DNA from: Octopus vulgaris
Lineage: Eukaryota
Length of the DNA: 64,000 nucleotides
Assembly: GCA_951406725.2 (NCBI GenBank)
Contig: OX597828.1
Span: forward strand, 52,266,001-52,330,000
Direction of reading: 5' to 3'
The notes beneath the pieces were generated by a model that made no database searches, had not been told where the DNA came from, and worked only from the letters and a program-made list of their open reading frames with translations. The first letter of the stretch is position 1. Every line of letters begins with the position of its first letter. A program made the position numbers and the translations under genes. This document shows, one piece after another, positions 13,446-26,970 of this stretch.

Positions 13446-13991
13446 GAGAGAGAGAGAGCAGTTCATGCCATCAAAGTGACACTGGGGTAAAATATACGAA
13501 GCCCAATATACCCATCATGACTACCCGTCTGATAAGGGTACACCAGGCACATGCATCAAACCATATGTGCACGACACGGTGATCTCATATCAAGATAAAC
13601 AGCACATGACCTTGCAGGTGGGACCCTGTTAGAATTTTCTTCTGGTTGCGAAAACCCATCCTGCTCAAAAGGTCCCTGAATAAGGGTTGTTTAAGGATGT
13701 TCAACGAAACACCCATGTTTCCAGAAGTGAATTATTCAAACCTCAAAGAATCCCTCTCAACACATGGCTATGATGTTCCCCCACTACTTCTGCTCGTGAT
13801 CAGAGAAGCACATATCGTCAGCCACTAAGGGACATGCTCAACTGGTTAAGGACAAACAACTGACAAGCAAATCTGTGGTATTTGCTGTAGCCCATTTTTT
13901 ATACCAAGACAAAACAATGTACATGATAACACTTCCAATCAATTAAGATCAGAAGCCACGAGAGCCACTGCCTGGTACTGCATCAAGACAT
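13446..13991. mobile_element. Family C interspersed element (~545 bp), full copy
   Basis: Colinear with 45407-45962 along its whole length; flanked by (ATT)n. Confidence 0.9.
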
Positions 13992-13998
13992 TTATTAT

Positions 13999-14029
<31 letters not shown>

Positions 14030-14072
14030 GCTACTACTACTATTATTATTATTATTGTTGTTGTTGTTGTTA

Positions 14073-14112
<40 letters not shown>

Positions 14113-14183
14113 AGTAGTTTTATTTTTATTTTTACTACTACTACTATTATTATCTGTTGTTGTTGTTGTTATTATTATTATTA

Positions 14184-14256
<73 letters not shown>

Positions 14257-14406
14257 CTTCATCAACATTACATTATAAAATTGAAATTCTTTCAGCAGAT
14301 TAAAATGACAAAGAAGCGTAAGAAAAGAAACTTACTTTAACGAAATTGTTTTTCCGACAGAAAATAAAATAGACCAAAAGACGGACAGATTGCCAGACAG
14401 ACAGAC

Positions 14407-14507
<101 letters not shown>

Positions 14508-14559
14508 GGTTTGGCAGTACAGACAAGGGAAAATCAAAATATGAGTGCGTGTGTTATGC

Positions 14560-14593
<34 letters not shown>

Positions 14594-14728
14594 TATTAAG
14601 GTATGTAGAAAAATACAACATGGACAAGAACGTATAACTCTTAGAAGACGATACAATAAACATGGACAGGACATTCGAACCCCTCAGTCTTCAGTCAAGA
14701 ACCGGATCATCGTAGTAATTTCGGCTGA

Positions 14729-14800
<72 letters not shown>

Positions 14801-15112
14801 GTGTGTATGTATGTATGTATGTATGTATGTATGTATGTATGTATGTATGTATGTATGTATGTATGTATGTATGTATATGTATATATATACATATATAATC
14901 GGAAAAAGATATTGGGTGACACAAGAGAAGAAAGTTTAGTGTGTTGGTAATTCTCAAATAAGTGCAAATGCACCAAACACTTAGTCTTTCAGTGGCTTTA
15001 TAAATTCTGTTGATTAAATACAAAACTTGTGAGATAGAAGGATAGGTACAGATAGACAAGAAGACAGACAGATTGATAGATAGATAGGTAGGTAGGTAGG
15101 TAGGTAGGTAGG

Positions 15113-15168
<56 letters not shown>

Positions 15169-15169
15169 C

Positions 15170-15312
<143 letters not shown>

Positions 15313-15754
15313 TGATAGTTATATAGACTGATAGATCGCTCGATTGATTGACAGATAAATACAAAGGCAGAAGGATAGATAGAGAAGAGAGTGTTATTTA
15401 TGTAGGAAGTGGTGTAAGAGAGAATCATTTTTCGGAGAGGGAGACAAAGAGGACAGACAGTGTCAGACAAACGGAGAGAAATAGACAGAGAAAGAGAAAG
15501 AGAGAGAGAATGTGAGACAGAGAGAGATAGAAAGATAGACAGACTGATAGAAAGAGAGCGAGAGAGAGAGAGTGTGTGTGTGTGTGTGTGAGAGAGAGAG
15601 TGAGAAGGGGAAAGAAAACAACTGGTAAATAAAGTATAAAATCGAAAAGATTTAAAACCCACCTCGCCTAAAACTAAAAAGTAATGAAACAGAATAAAAT
15701 AAAATAAACTGATATACGATTCTTGATCCAAAAAGTAAAGAAGAAGAAGAAGAA

Positions 15755-15859
<105 letters not shown>

Positions 15860-15989
15860 AACAAGTGAAATATTGATATTTGATGATGGAAATTGTATCT
15901 TGTGTCTTCTGAACAGGGCTGAATAGAAACGGTGAAGCGCGCTAATAAGTAAATAGATAAATAAATGAATAAATAAATAATATATTTGT

Positions 15990-16033
<44 letters not shown>

Positions 16034-16066
16034 AATACATAACAATAAAAGAGAACTGACGAGATT

Positions 16067-16132
<66 letters not shown>

Positions 16133-16252
16133 CAGACAGAGAGATAGGTAGATCGATAGAGAGAAGAAGAAGAGAGAAAGAGGAACACGCAATAGAGAGT
16201 GAGAATATGCAACAAAGAATGGGAATGAGAAAGGGCTCAAGAACCACAGAGA

Positions 16253-16288
<36 letters not shown>

Positions 16289-16711
16289 CTGAGACAATAT
16301 GTTAGGTAAATGATTAAGAAAAATATTAAACAAGTCAAAAAGCCAAGAATATCAAAAAGAAAACAAAAGCGGAATCTGGGCCTTCCAAATCAAATTCATA
16401 AGATAAATATCTGCTATTTGATATTGCCTATTTCCTGCTACGCCATTCTGACAAGTCTGTGTACCCTCCCTCACCAAATAGGACCCTCTAATAGTCACTA
16501 CCACTCTCTCACTCACTCTCATCACTTCCACGACCCCGTTTCGTCTTTTACATCTCGCCTCTCTCCAAAAGTAACAATTACTCAACAATGGCAGTGTACA
16601 TACTTACACGGTTGTCTCCCTTGTCTGTCTCTAATGTTACAGCCATTGCTTTTAATGACGTATCGAATGTTTCTTCTCCATCTCTGCCTCCGCACCAACA
16701 CTACCGCTTCT

Positions 16712-16775
16712 TTCATTTATTTATTTATTTATTTATTTATTATTGTTTATTTATTTATTATCGTTATTATTATTA

Positions 16776-16817
<42 letters not shown>

Positions 16818-16931
16818 TCATCATCATGATCATCATCATCATCATTATTATTATTATTATCCTTATTATTATTATTATTATTATTCTCATCATCATGATC
16901 ATGATCATCATCATTATTATTATTATTATCC

Positions 16932-16992
<61 letters not shown>

Positions 16993-17009
16993 CATCATCA
17001 TCATCATCA

Positions 17010-17046
<37 letters not shown>

Positions 17047-17064
17047 CATTATTATTATTATCAT

Positions 17065-17097
<33 letters not shown>

Positions 17098-17101
17098 TAT
17101 T

Positions 17102-17182
<81 letters not shown>
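16712..17182. repeat. (ATT/ATC)n microsatellite
   Basis: Directly visible; explains the poly-I/Y/H ORFs. Confidence 0.98.
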
Positions 17183-17184
<2 letters not shown>

Positions 17185-17362
17185 AATTGCTGTATCATTG
17201 TATTATTTTACTTGGCGTCCTATGTCATTTTGTATTTCATTTGGATTTTCCACGGGTACTCGGATTTTCCCGTCTTCTATTTTATTTCACGTTCTTGTTG
17301 TTCCTGCTCTTCTTGCTGTCATTGTTAAAGTCGTAATCGTTTCCATAGTTCTTATTCTCCAG

Positions 17363-17425
17363 ATACGACCAAACGATCAAAGATGCTACGGCCGTTGACG
17401 TGTCGCAACCAAGTAAGATCTTCTG
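17363..17425 (+). other. Candidate cassette micro-exon (63 nt, or 50 nt with upstream donor)
   Basis: Acceptor ttcttattctccAG; donors GTAAGA (17413) and GTATGG (17426). The 63-nt form is open in phase 2 (YDQTIKDATAVDVSQPSKIF). No homology recognised. Confidence 0.25.
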
Positions 17426-17871
17426 GTATGGTCTTTTAACTCGAAACCTAAGGAAATCTTCTTCAAAATTTCTGGTCCGGAAATGACCAAGATATTAGAA
17501 GTTTTGTCCGCGATGCACACTGAGAGACGAAACGGTTCTCCTGTCACTCGATTACGTCCAAATTTTGCTGACTTGCAGCGTTATATCGGGCAAATGATTT
17601 CGCACCCTGGGCGAACCAGACGATCAGCTGAATATATCCGATAAAAAGCCTTACGTGTTCATTTAGAAAATAATTGTAGGCAATTTTCTTTTCTTTATTT
17701 GCAACAACGAAAAGAGTAGTAAAAGAACATATGATAGTTTTTCTTCTATGTATGCGGTGCAGTCATGTACGAAACTAATACTCCCTGGTAATTGTTAAAT
17801 TTCCTTAAAATTTGATGAAAATGGTATGTAAATCTAGAGCAAATAAGTCCATTCAGTAGGTTGTACTCAAA

Positions 17872-18105
17872 AGGCGGCGAGCTGGGAGAAACATTAGCAC
17901 GCCGGGCGAAATGCGTAGCCGTATTTCGTCTGCCGTTACGTTCTGAGTTCAAATTCCGCCAAGGTCGACTTTGCCTTTTATCCTTTCGGGGTCGATAACT
18001 TATGTACCAGTTACGCACTGGGGTCAATGTAATCGACTTAATCCGTTTGTCTGTCCTTGTTTGTCCCCTCTGTGTTTAGCCCCTTGTGGGTAGTAAAGAA
18101 ATAGG
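17872..18105 (+). mobile_element. SINE family A
   Basis: GGCGGCGAGCTGG head through ...GTGGGTAGTAAAGAAATAGG. Confidence 0.92.
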
Positions 18106-18364
18106 TTGTAGGCAAAATCTCATGAGATGTTTGTGTTTGATAACCAGAGCAGTTGGAGATTTATATAGGGTCTTTTATGTGGTCTTTCGAGGTTGTTTTC
18201 CTATTGGATACTTATAAAATATGCTTTTACATCCTACCATTTCCATGTATTATATTTCATACGGCACATCCTGTAAACCACTCACTGATTTTTAAGTAAT
18301 TGTAATGTCTATCATTCGTCACACTTGAAGTAAATCAAGACTATTTATTATAAAGCTGGTTATT

Positions 18365-18396
<32 letters not shown>

Positions 18397-19027
18397 TGTT
18401 GTTGTTGTTGTTGTTGTTGTTGCCATTTTTGTGACGATAGTGGTAGTACAGTCCTGGGTAATTTCTAACCATGCAGATCCTATGATAAAGTAGTGAGATG
18501 TGACTGCTATATCTAGCAGGTCAATCAATCACTTAGAGGCTGTCACATCTTATGTGCAGGTGTGATATGTAGAAATACAAGATTATAAGTACACGTGCCT
18601 GAGTGTGTGCGTAAAGGAGTGTGCCAGGGGTGTCACAATATATGGCAAATTACACGTTCAGTCTCGTGATATTCGGTGGTGTTTGTTACAACTGGATAAA
18701 CAACAACACCAACAAGATTGATTATTTGTGTTTTATATTTGGTGAAAACCTAACACGGAATCTATCAACAGTTGAAGATGCAATACTCAGAGTATATGGC
18801 AGATTACAATGTTCGACGAAGACCGAAAATACTAAGAGACAAGTTTGGAGAAACCAAATTCACAATCAAGCACAGCTTTTTTATGCGTTTGCATAAGAAG
18901 AGGGGAACCTGGCGTACGTTATACCATTTGTTTTGGTTTAACATTTAGCTATTATTTCTAGGAGGTCAAGTCAGCGAGTTGACTGAATCATTAAAATGTC
19001 AAACGAAATGCTTAGCAGATTTTTTCC

Positions 19028-19430
19028 GGATCTTTTCGATTTGAACGGCAGTTTTTAACATAATTTCTAGGTAACTAAAAAATTTTAAACTTCGTATACT
19101 GGTAGAATGTGTTTATAAAACATCTTTTTCTCTTGGCTTTATTAAGAAAATTCTATAGTTAGTAAGATATTTTTTTTTCTTCAATTTCTGCAATTTCAAC
19201 CATTCAGTGACGTCTATTGAATTAAAAAGCATTCTGTGCCGTATGAATATGTCCCTCGTTTAAGAAACAGATTGGGTTTATTTACATTTGTGAAGAAAAA
19301 AGATACTCTTCCCCCACCTCTAACCCTAAAAGAGATTGAAATGCAATAGATCGATTCTAGGGTCATAATTATGGGGGACAATTTCATATGACACCGCAAC
19401 AAAAAACTGCCGTTCAAACCGAAAATATCC
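19028..19430. mobile_element. MITE with 29-bp TIRs and 8-bp TSD (Merlin-like), nested in a family A SINE
   Basis: TIRs GGATCTTTTCGATTTGAACGGCAGTTTTT / AAAAACTGCCGTTCAAACCGAAAATATCC (27/29). TTTTTTCC duplicated at 19020-27 and 19431-38. SINE A sequence resumes on both sides. Confidence 0.9.
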
Positions 19431-20396
19431 TTTTTTCCGGCTTTACGTTCTGAGTTCAAATACCAACAAGATCGATTTTCCTTTTCATCATTTCAGGGTC
19501 GATAAAATAAGCACCAATAGAGCACTGGTATTAATGTAATTAATTCACCCTCTTCAGAAAATTGATGACGTTCTGCCAAAGTTATAAAGGATTATATCTA
19601 GATGGCCGACCAACTAGATATAACCTAGATATAATTCTAGAACTGGTGGCTAGTGGAACTGGTAAAGACGAGGGAAACGATTCTTACAATTATTAGTTAC
19701 AACTAACTCTCTTCGAGTTTGCTCCCCATCTTTCTTCTGTTGGTAATATGATACCAGTCAAGTAACAGGAGTTCATTCATTCAAGAATATCACTCCCACA
19801 GCATTTAAAGATTTGCGCTTATGCAAGCAATAATTATTTCGGTAACGCGGGTAGGATGTTTTCCAAAACGTATTTATACAACACTATAAAACAGATAAAC
19901 GCACAAGCACACTTTTTTTTTTACATCTATTTACAAATGTTTCATCTAAATTCTATATACTGATACTTCCGTAATGATACCATAAGTGAAAAGTTCCTAC
20001 TATTCGGGAAAATTTCTCTGTCACAGAATATTTGTGCTCCTAATCTAATGGTGTAGAGGGCTGTTTAGAAATCTTCCCAAAATAGGTTTCTGATGTTATA
20101 TAATTAATAATTTTCCAATAAATATGTATTACTGTATTATGAAATAATATATGCAACAATCCACTCGTGAGATGTCATTAACACGTATTGTATAATAACT
20201 TCTGAACGTTTGTTAATCAATATTCCTTTAAAATGTAAAATGCACAATACTTCTTCTAAACAAAGATTACATAACAAAGAATTCTCATCATACGGCTATT
20301 GCAGTCCTTACCACGGAGCATGAAGTGCTGTATTAAATCTTCTTTTCCGTCACATGACAAATAAGTTTAGCCAACAAAGTAGTATATCTCACGTGT

Positions 20397-20783
20397 GTGG
20401 AGACGCAATGGCCCAGTGGTTAGGGCAGCGGACTCGCGGTCATAGGATCGCGGTTTCAATTTTCCAGACCGGGCGTTGTGAGTGTTTATTGAGCGAAAAC
20501 ACTTAAAGCTCCACGAGGCTCCGGCAGGGATGGTGGTGATCCTGCTGTACTCTTTCACCACAACTTTCTCTCACTCTTACTTCCTGTTTCTGTTGTACCT
20601 GTATTTCAAAGGGCCAGCCTTGTCACTCTCTGTGTCACGCTGAATATCCCCGAGAACTACGTTAAGGGTACACGTGTCTGTGGAGTGCTCAGCCACTTAC
20701 ACGTTAATTTCACGAGCAGGCTGTTCCGTTGATTCGGATCAACCGGAACCCTCGTCGTCGTAACCGACGGAATGCTTCCATCC
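20397..20783 (+). mobile_element. Full-length tRNA-derived SINE (family D) with 13-bp TSD
   Basis: A-box-like TGGCCCAGTGGTTAGG and B-box-like GGTTTCAATT; ATATCTCACGTGT duplicated at 20384-96 and 20784-96. Confidence 0.92.
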
Positions 20784-21176
20784 ATATCTCACGTGTATAT
20801 CTCGAAATGACGCGTTGCGGCTACGCTATTGATTTATGAAAAAGACCAGCGCTGGATCTATACTTTAGTATTCATTTACCTCAGTCCGGAGAGAGGATTT
20901 TTATGCAATGTTTTCACTGTCTGCCAGATAGCCTGGATTTGTGGACGAGCTTAAAACAGTAAACTCCTCTAAAATGGGGTCAGCACACGACGGCAAAATA
21001 TCGATATCTGTCGTCCTTGTTCAATTCTGGAGCAATTTCGTTTCACCGAGTTTCGATATATATTGTGTTGTTTAACACGGTACGTTTTCAAAGAGGTTTC
21101 TTTTACGAGAAATACCGAAGCAGTTTAGAGTTACCGAAGCACATTTGTTATGTTATATTTATTATGATTTCATTAC

Positions 21177-21325
21177 TGCGCGGTAACAAGTTTGCTTCCC
21201 AACCACATGGTTCCGGGTTCACTCCCAGTGTGTGGAAAAGTAGACATCTATCTTCTATAATAGCTCCGAGTCGACCAAAGACTTGTGAGTAGATTTAGAT
21301 GGGGGAAGCTATATATATGTGTGTG

Positions 21326-21392
<67 letters not shown>

Positions 21393-21520
21393 TTATAAAT
21401 TAGGGTATCTCGTAGATACCCTAATTTATGATTTTAATAATTATTACCTTTGAAGGTTATTTTTTCCATGATGACCACTTGATAAAATCGTTATTTCATT
21501 TTTAAATTAACGATCTTATC

Positions 21521-21576
<56 letters not shown>

Positions 21577-21815
21577 CAGAGAGAGAGAGAATTAGGAATG
21601 CGTGTCATTGTTATGTGCTTGTCTTCCACCATCGATTGACAACCGGTGTTAGTTTATCTGTGTATGCCCTCGTAAATCAGCGGCTCGGTAAAAGGAGGTG
21701 ATAGAATAAGCACCAAGCTTTGCAGAAAGGTTTGGGGTTTGATTCGTTCGGGTAAAATAACCCTTCAAGGCGGTATCCCAACATGGAATGTGTCCGATGA
21801 CTGAAATAAGTAAAC
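21177..21815 (+). mobile_element. Decayed SINE family B split by (TA)n and an insert
   Basis: Head at about 21177-21310, tail at about 21615-21815. Confidence 0.65.
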
Positions 21816-21873
21816 GATTAAAATATATAGAATTGGTGAAGTGCTTCTGACACAAAATTTGAAATTTGCAAGA

Positions 21874-21919
<46 letters not shown>

Positions 21920-22034
21920 AACAAACAAACAAACAAATACACACAGACACACACATACAAACACGCACACATACACACACGTACGTAGGCGCGCGCACAC
22001 ACGCACACACATATATACATACATGCATATATAG

Positions 22035-22074
<40 letters not shown>

Positions 22075-22283
22075 GGGTATCTGACACCACCATGCCGAAA
22101 TAGCAGTCAAACCCTGACTCTAAAAAACCCCTAAAATGTTCATATCGCACCACGAAATAAGACAGAGAGACAAAATAAACTAGCAAAAAGATATTAAAGG
22201 ATAATTCAAGATCCAGGATTTTTAGCTTTGCTTCAAATAAGCTCTGCTTTCATCAGTTGAATATACCACATTAGCACATAAAT

Positions 22284-22331
<48 letters not shown>

Positions 22332-23033
22332 CACACGTTATACTTACATATAGGAACGTCCAAACGTACATATATATGCACGTATGTACAAGGCCAGATT
22401 TAAATTGCCCGCCAATATATATATATATATATATATATACACAGGCACCAGCATGCACACTAATTTACAAGCACACGTACAAATATATTTATTTAAATAC
22501 ATGTACATACACACATATATATGTAAATATGCATACATACATATATAAACATACATATTCAGAGGTACACAGAGAATAATAAAGTTTAATTTCAAATATA
22601 TTTATTAAAGTAATTTTTCAAAAGAATACCAAAGAGTAACAAAATAAGGTTTAATTAAATAATTAGAGAAGAAAAGTCGATAGATGAACCCCTTAAATAA
22701 ACCGTGTCCCTTTTTCCAGTCTTCCTTCTTCCTTTACTTGCCAAATTTAAGTCTTTTAATATCCGTGCCTGCCCCTTTTTCCTGTCTTCCATTTTTCTTA
22801 ACAGTAGTGAAACCTTTTATTAAATAAATAAAAAAGGAAAAGAAGATAACAAAAAGCAGAATAAAACAAAAAAGGACACAAAAAAAACATGAAAATGCAC
22901 ACACACGCTCACACACGTAAACATACCCACATAAACGCACGTGAACATGTTTACATTTACGCATATACGCTCGCTACAGTCGCTCGCATTCGCAGATAAG
23001 TATAAACACAGGTGTATACACACATATACACAA

Positions 23034-23066
<33 letters not shown>

Positions 23067-23385
23067 CACACACACACACAATCATAAATTTAATCACACA
23101 TGCTCACAAACACACACATATATTTATATATATACATTCATATTTGCATCCACAAATCCACAAACAGGAACACACACACACACACATATGCTCTCATACA
23201 TTTTCATATAGTTAAACACACACACACGCACACACACGCACAATCATAAATATAATCACACATGCTCACAAACACACGCATATATTTATATATATATACA
23301 TTCATATTTATATCCACAAATCCACAAAAACTCACACACACACACACATACCCTCATACACTCTCATATACTTAAAGACACACAC

Positions 23386-23429
<44 letters not shown>

Positions 23430-23936
23430 AAAAGGACATACACACGCGCTCTCTCGTACGCTTCCATATAAATACAAAATGGAAATTGTAAAAGTAATAA
23501 CTGCCCCTCCCCTCATATCCTCACACAAGAAGAGAAAGAAGGAACCTCCGCTTTGTGTTTTTTTAATTCGATAATCACAGGGCTTCAGATTACAAATGAG
23601 AATATATTGCAAAGGGGGTCGAGTTAGGGAGTTCAATTTTCCGGAAACGACCCCTAAGTCTTGCTAACAACGAATACAAAACGTTATTGAACTTTAACAA
23701 AGAATCGAAAAGAAAGAATGGGGAAAAGAAAAACAGAAAAATTCAACAAAGAATAATAAAAAAAATAATAGGGGTAAGAGAATTGACCCGGAAAGTTTTT
23801 ATAGTTGGGATGAGTTTGATGAGGTGTGAGTGAAGGTACTAGAGGACCACCTTCTGAGTGCGAGTGAAGCTCTATGAGCGTGTGTATATGTGTGTGTTTC
23901 TGTATGTCTGTGTGTATTTGAGTATCTGTCTGTGAA

Positions 23937-24234
23937 AGGTGTCGAGATGGCAGAAATGTTAGCACGCCGGGCGAAATGCTTAGCGGTGTTTCGTCTGCTG
24001 TTACGTTCTGAGTTCAAATTCCGCCGAGGTCGACTTTGCCTTTCATCCTTTCGGGGTCGGTAAATTAAGTACCAGTTACGCACTGGAGATCTATGTAATT
24101 GACTTACTTCCTTTGTCTGTCCTTGTTTGTCCCAACTGTGTGGTACCTTGGGCAAGTATCTTCTACTATAGCCTCGGGCCGACCAAAGCCTTGTGAGCGG
24201 ATTTGGCAGACGGAAACTGAAAGAAGCCGTCGTA

Positions 24235-24317
<83 letters not shown>

Positions 24318-24391
24318 ATATGCATATATATATATATATGTATGTATATGCATTTATATATATATATGTATACGTATATATATACGTATAC

Positions 24392-24456
<65 letters not shown>

Positions 24457-24672
24457 TTTGTATGTCTGTGTTTGTCCCCCCCCCCAATCGCTTGACAACC
24501 GATGCTGGTGTGTTTACGTCCCCGTAACTTAGAGGTTCGGCAAAAGTGACCGAGGGAATAAGTACTATGATTACAAAGAATAAGTCCTGGGGTCGATCTG
24601 CTCATCTAAAGGCGGTGCTCCAGCTTGGCAACAGTCAAATGACCGAAACAAGTAAAAGAGTAAAAAGAGAGT
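23937..24672 (+). mobile_element. Chimeric SINE: family A (23937-24134) fused to headless family B (24138-24672)
   Basis: Family A sequence ends at TTGTTTGTCCC and continues directly into ACTGTGTGGTACCTTGGGCAAG of family B. Confidence 0.85.
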
Positions 24673-24857
24673 AAGAGAACACATTTAGTTAAGTAATATC
24701 GCCATGGTTTTAGACCGTTACGCTGTCAAACACACATCAGCCGCTTCATCAGGCTACTCGCCATTTTCGGGAAAATAATTGACACTCACTCGAGCATTCC
24801 TGTTCTGATACTTATTGAACACCGTACGTTAAAATATTACGTCTCGCGCGCACACAA

Positions 24858-25408
24858 AATGCTTGGCGGTATTTCATCTGTTTTTATGTTCTGAGTTCAA
24901 ATTCCGCCGAGGTCGACTTTGCCTTTCATCCTTTCGGGGTCGATTAAATAAGTACCAGTTACGCACTGAGGTCGATATAATCGACTTAATCCGTTTGTCT
25001 GTTCTTGTTTGTCCTCTCTGTGTTTAGCCCTTGTGGGTAGTAAAGAAATGGAAATAGGTATTTCGTCTGCCGCTACGTTCTGAGTTCAAATCCCGCCGAG
25101 GTCGACTTTGCCTTTCATCCTTTCGGGCCCGATTAAATAAGTACCAGTTACGCACTGGGGTCGATACAGTCGACTTAATCCGTTTGTCTGTCCTTGTTTG
25201 TCCTCTCTGTGTTTAGCCCCTTGTGGGTAGTAAAGAAATGGGTATTTCGTCTGCCGCTACGTTCTGAGTTCACATTCCGCCGAGGTCGACTTTGCCTTTT
25301 ATCCTTTCATGGTCGATATATTAAGTACCAGCTACGTACAGGTGTAGAATTAATCGACTGGACCCTTCCCCAAAAATTTCGGGCCTTGTGCCTAGAGTAG
25401 AAAAGAAT
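24858..25408 (+). mobile_element. SINE family A trimer
   Basis: Three head-to-tail GTTCTGAGTTCA...AAGTACCAG units. Confidence 0.9.
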
Positions 25409-25551
25409 ATGTAGTATTTAGATAGAGACAGTGTAATAAAGAACTCAATACATATTGAGAGGTATAAAACATTTATTATTTATATTTGGAAAACAAAATG
25501 GTAGTTTGTGTGTGTTCGTAAGTATAAGATAATCTGGCTCTCCTTTGGTTA

Positions 25552-25830
25552 ATCCGATCAAAGGAACAGTCTGCTCGTAAAAATAGCCTCAAAGTGGCTG
25601 AGCCCTCCACAAACACGCGTACACCTACATTAGTTCTTCGGGAGGTTCAGTGGAATTTGACAAGGCTAGGCCTTTCGAATTACGTATACAACTCAGTTTT
25701 GACAGTTGAGTAGATTGTATAACGTGAATTATAATTGTTTTTTTCTTTTTGCTTGAGAACACAATTCGCCGCCAGCATTCGAACCCACGACTTAACGATC
25801 GTAAACCAAATACCCAAACCACTAATCCAC
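25552..25830 (-). mobile_element. Decayed tRNA-derived SINE sharing the family D 3' tail
   Basis: Reverse strand has GGTTCGAATGC and TGTGGAGGGCTCAGCCACTT...CGAGCAGACTGTTCC, as in 20680-20730. Confidence 0.7.
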
Positions 25831-26432
25831 GAACCTTTCCAAGTATAGACTACTTTGTAAAAAAACCTCAATGCGATGGGAGAACAATAAAACTATAGCA
25901 GCTATCGGATTGTTCAACGCCTCACAGAGGCTTGTAGCTGAAACCCCGACTGGAATCTTCGCGAAAGATTTAATATACACAATAAATTTGTACTGTAGTA
26001 AAGTAACTGTATAGTAACCCATCGATTAATGAAAATTTGTTTTTACTATAACTTTTGGTCCCCTAAAGAAAACGGATAGAACATGCTTTCTGTGTTATGT
26101 CCCAAGAAGATTTTATATATTTTTATATATTTTTATATATTTTTATGTATTTTTATATAATTTTTATGACGAAAAATGCGAGCGATGTATAAGTACGCAG
26201 GCAAAGCAGAGTTATAACAGAGTAATTTCCCTTCATTTTTAACGGTATTTTTTCATAACGTTTTCAAATAGCCAGATAACCGAAGAGATGGTGTTGTGGA
26301 TTTCCACTTCGGCATCTGAAACTCAGAGTTTTATCTTGACTACCGAGTAATGTAACATATTGTATAGATAAATTTCCTCTATTTACATAATATTGAGGTC
26401 TCTTTCTTTCTTTTGTTATCTTACCGTTTTAT

Positions 26433-26469
<37 letters not shown>

Positions 26470-26641
26470 CTTATCTTCGAAACACACATTGAGTCGAACC
26501 AGGGGCAGCTGATGAAGGGGAATATTCCTTGTATTGTTTGTCTTGTACTCTGTTTTTTCGTTGTTAAAAAAGTCCGTTTTCTTGTTTGTTTTTATGTTTT
26601 CGTTTCTCGTTATGTTCTACGTTTATTTGTGGTGTCCTGCA

Positions 26642-26687
<46 letters not shown>

Positions 26688-26970
26688 TGTATATATACAA
26701 ATAGATGTAGGTATGTACATATATGTATGTATGTATGCATATGTTTTATTTTTGAAATTGTTGTCTATATATATGTATGTATGTATATTTCGAAATGCAG
26801 AGTAGATGAAACAGGGGACAACTGATGAAGGGGAATATTCTTTATGTTGTATATCTCGCTGCTCTGTTTGTTTTTTTCGTTATTCGAAAAAAGTTCGTTT
26901 TCTATGTTTTTGTTTTTATGATTTCGTTTCTCGTTGTGCTCAACGTTTTTTTTTTTTGATGTCCTGTACC
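26470..26970 (+). mobile_element. Two tandem copies of a dispersed repeat end (also 51015-51120 +, 57370-57700 -, related 60440-60680 +)
   Basis: Shared CAGGGGACAACTGATGAAGGGGAATATTC followed by a T-rich tract. Confidence 0.7.

Noticed and set aside
16585-16650. TGGCAGTGT miR-34-like 5' end in a weak stem; also a minus-strand GTAAGT and a plus-strand acceptor
   Set aside because: The rest does not match miR-34, the stem is too weak for a pre-miRNA, and the splice signals lack convincing partners.
26505-26535. CTGATGA followed by a palindromic stem (also about 26822, 51027, 57500)
   Set aside because: No GAAA and stem III after stem II, so a hammerhead cannot be built.
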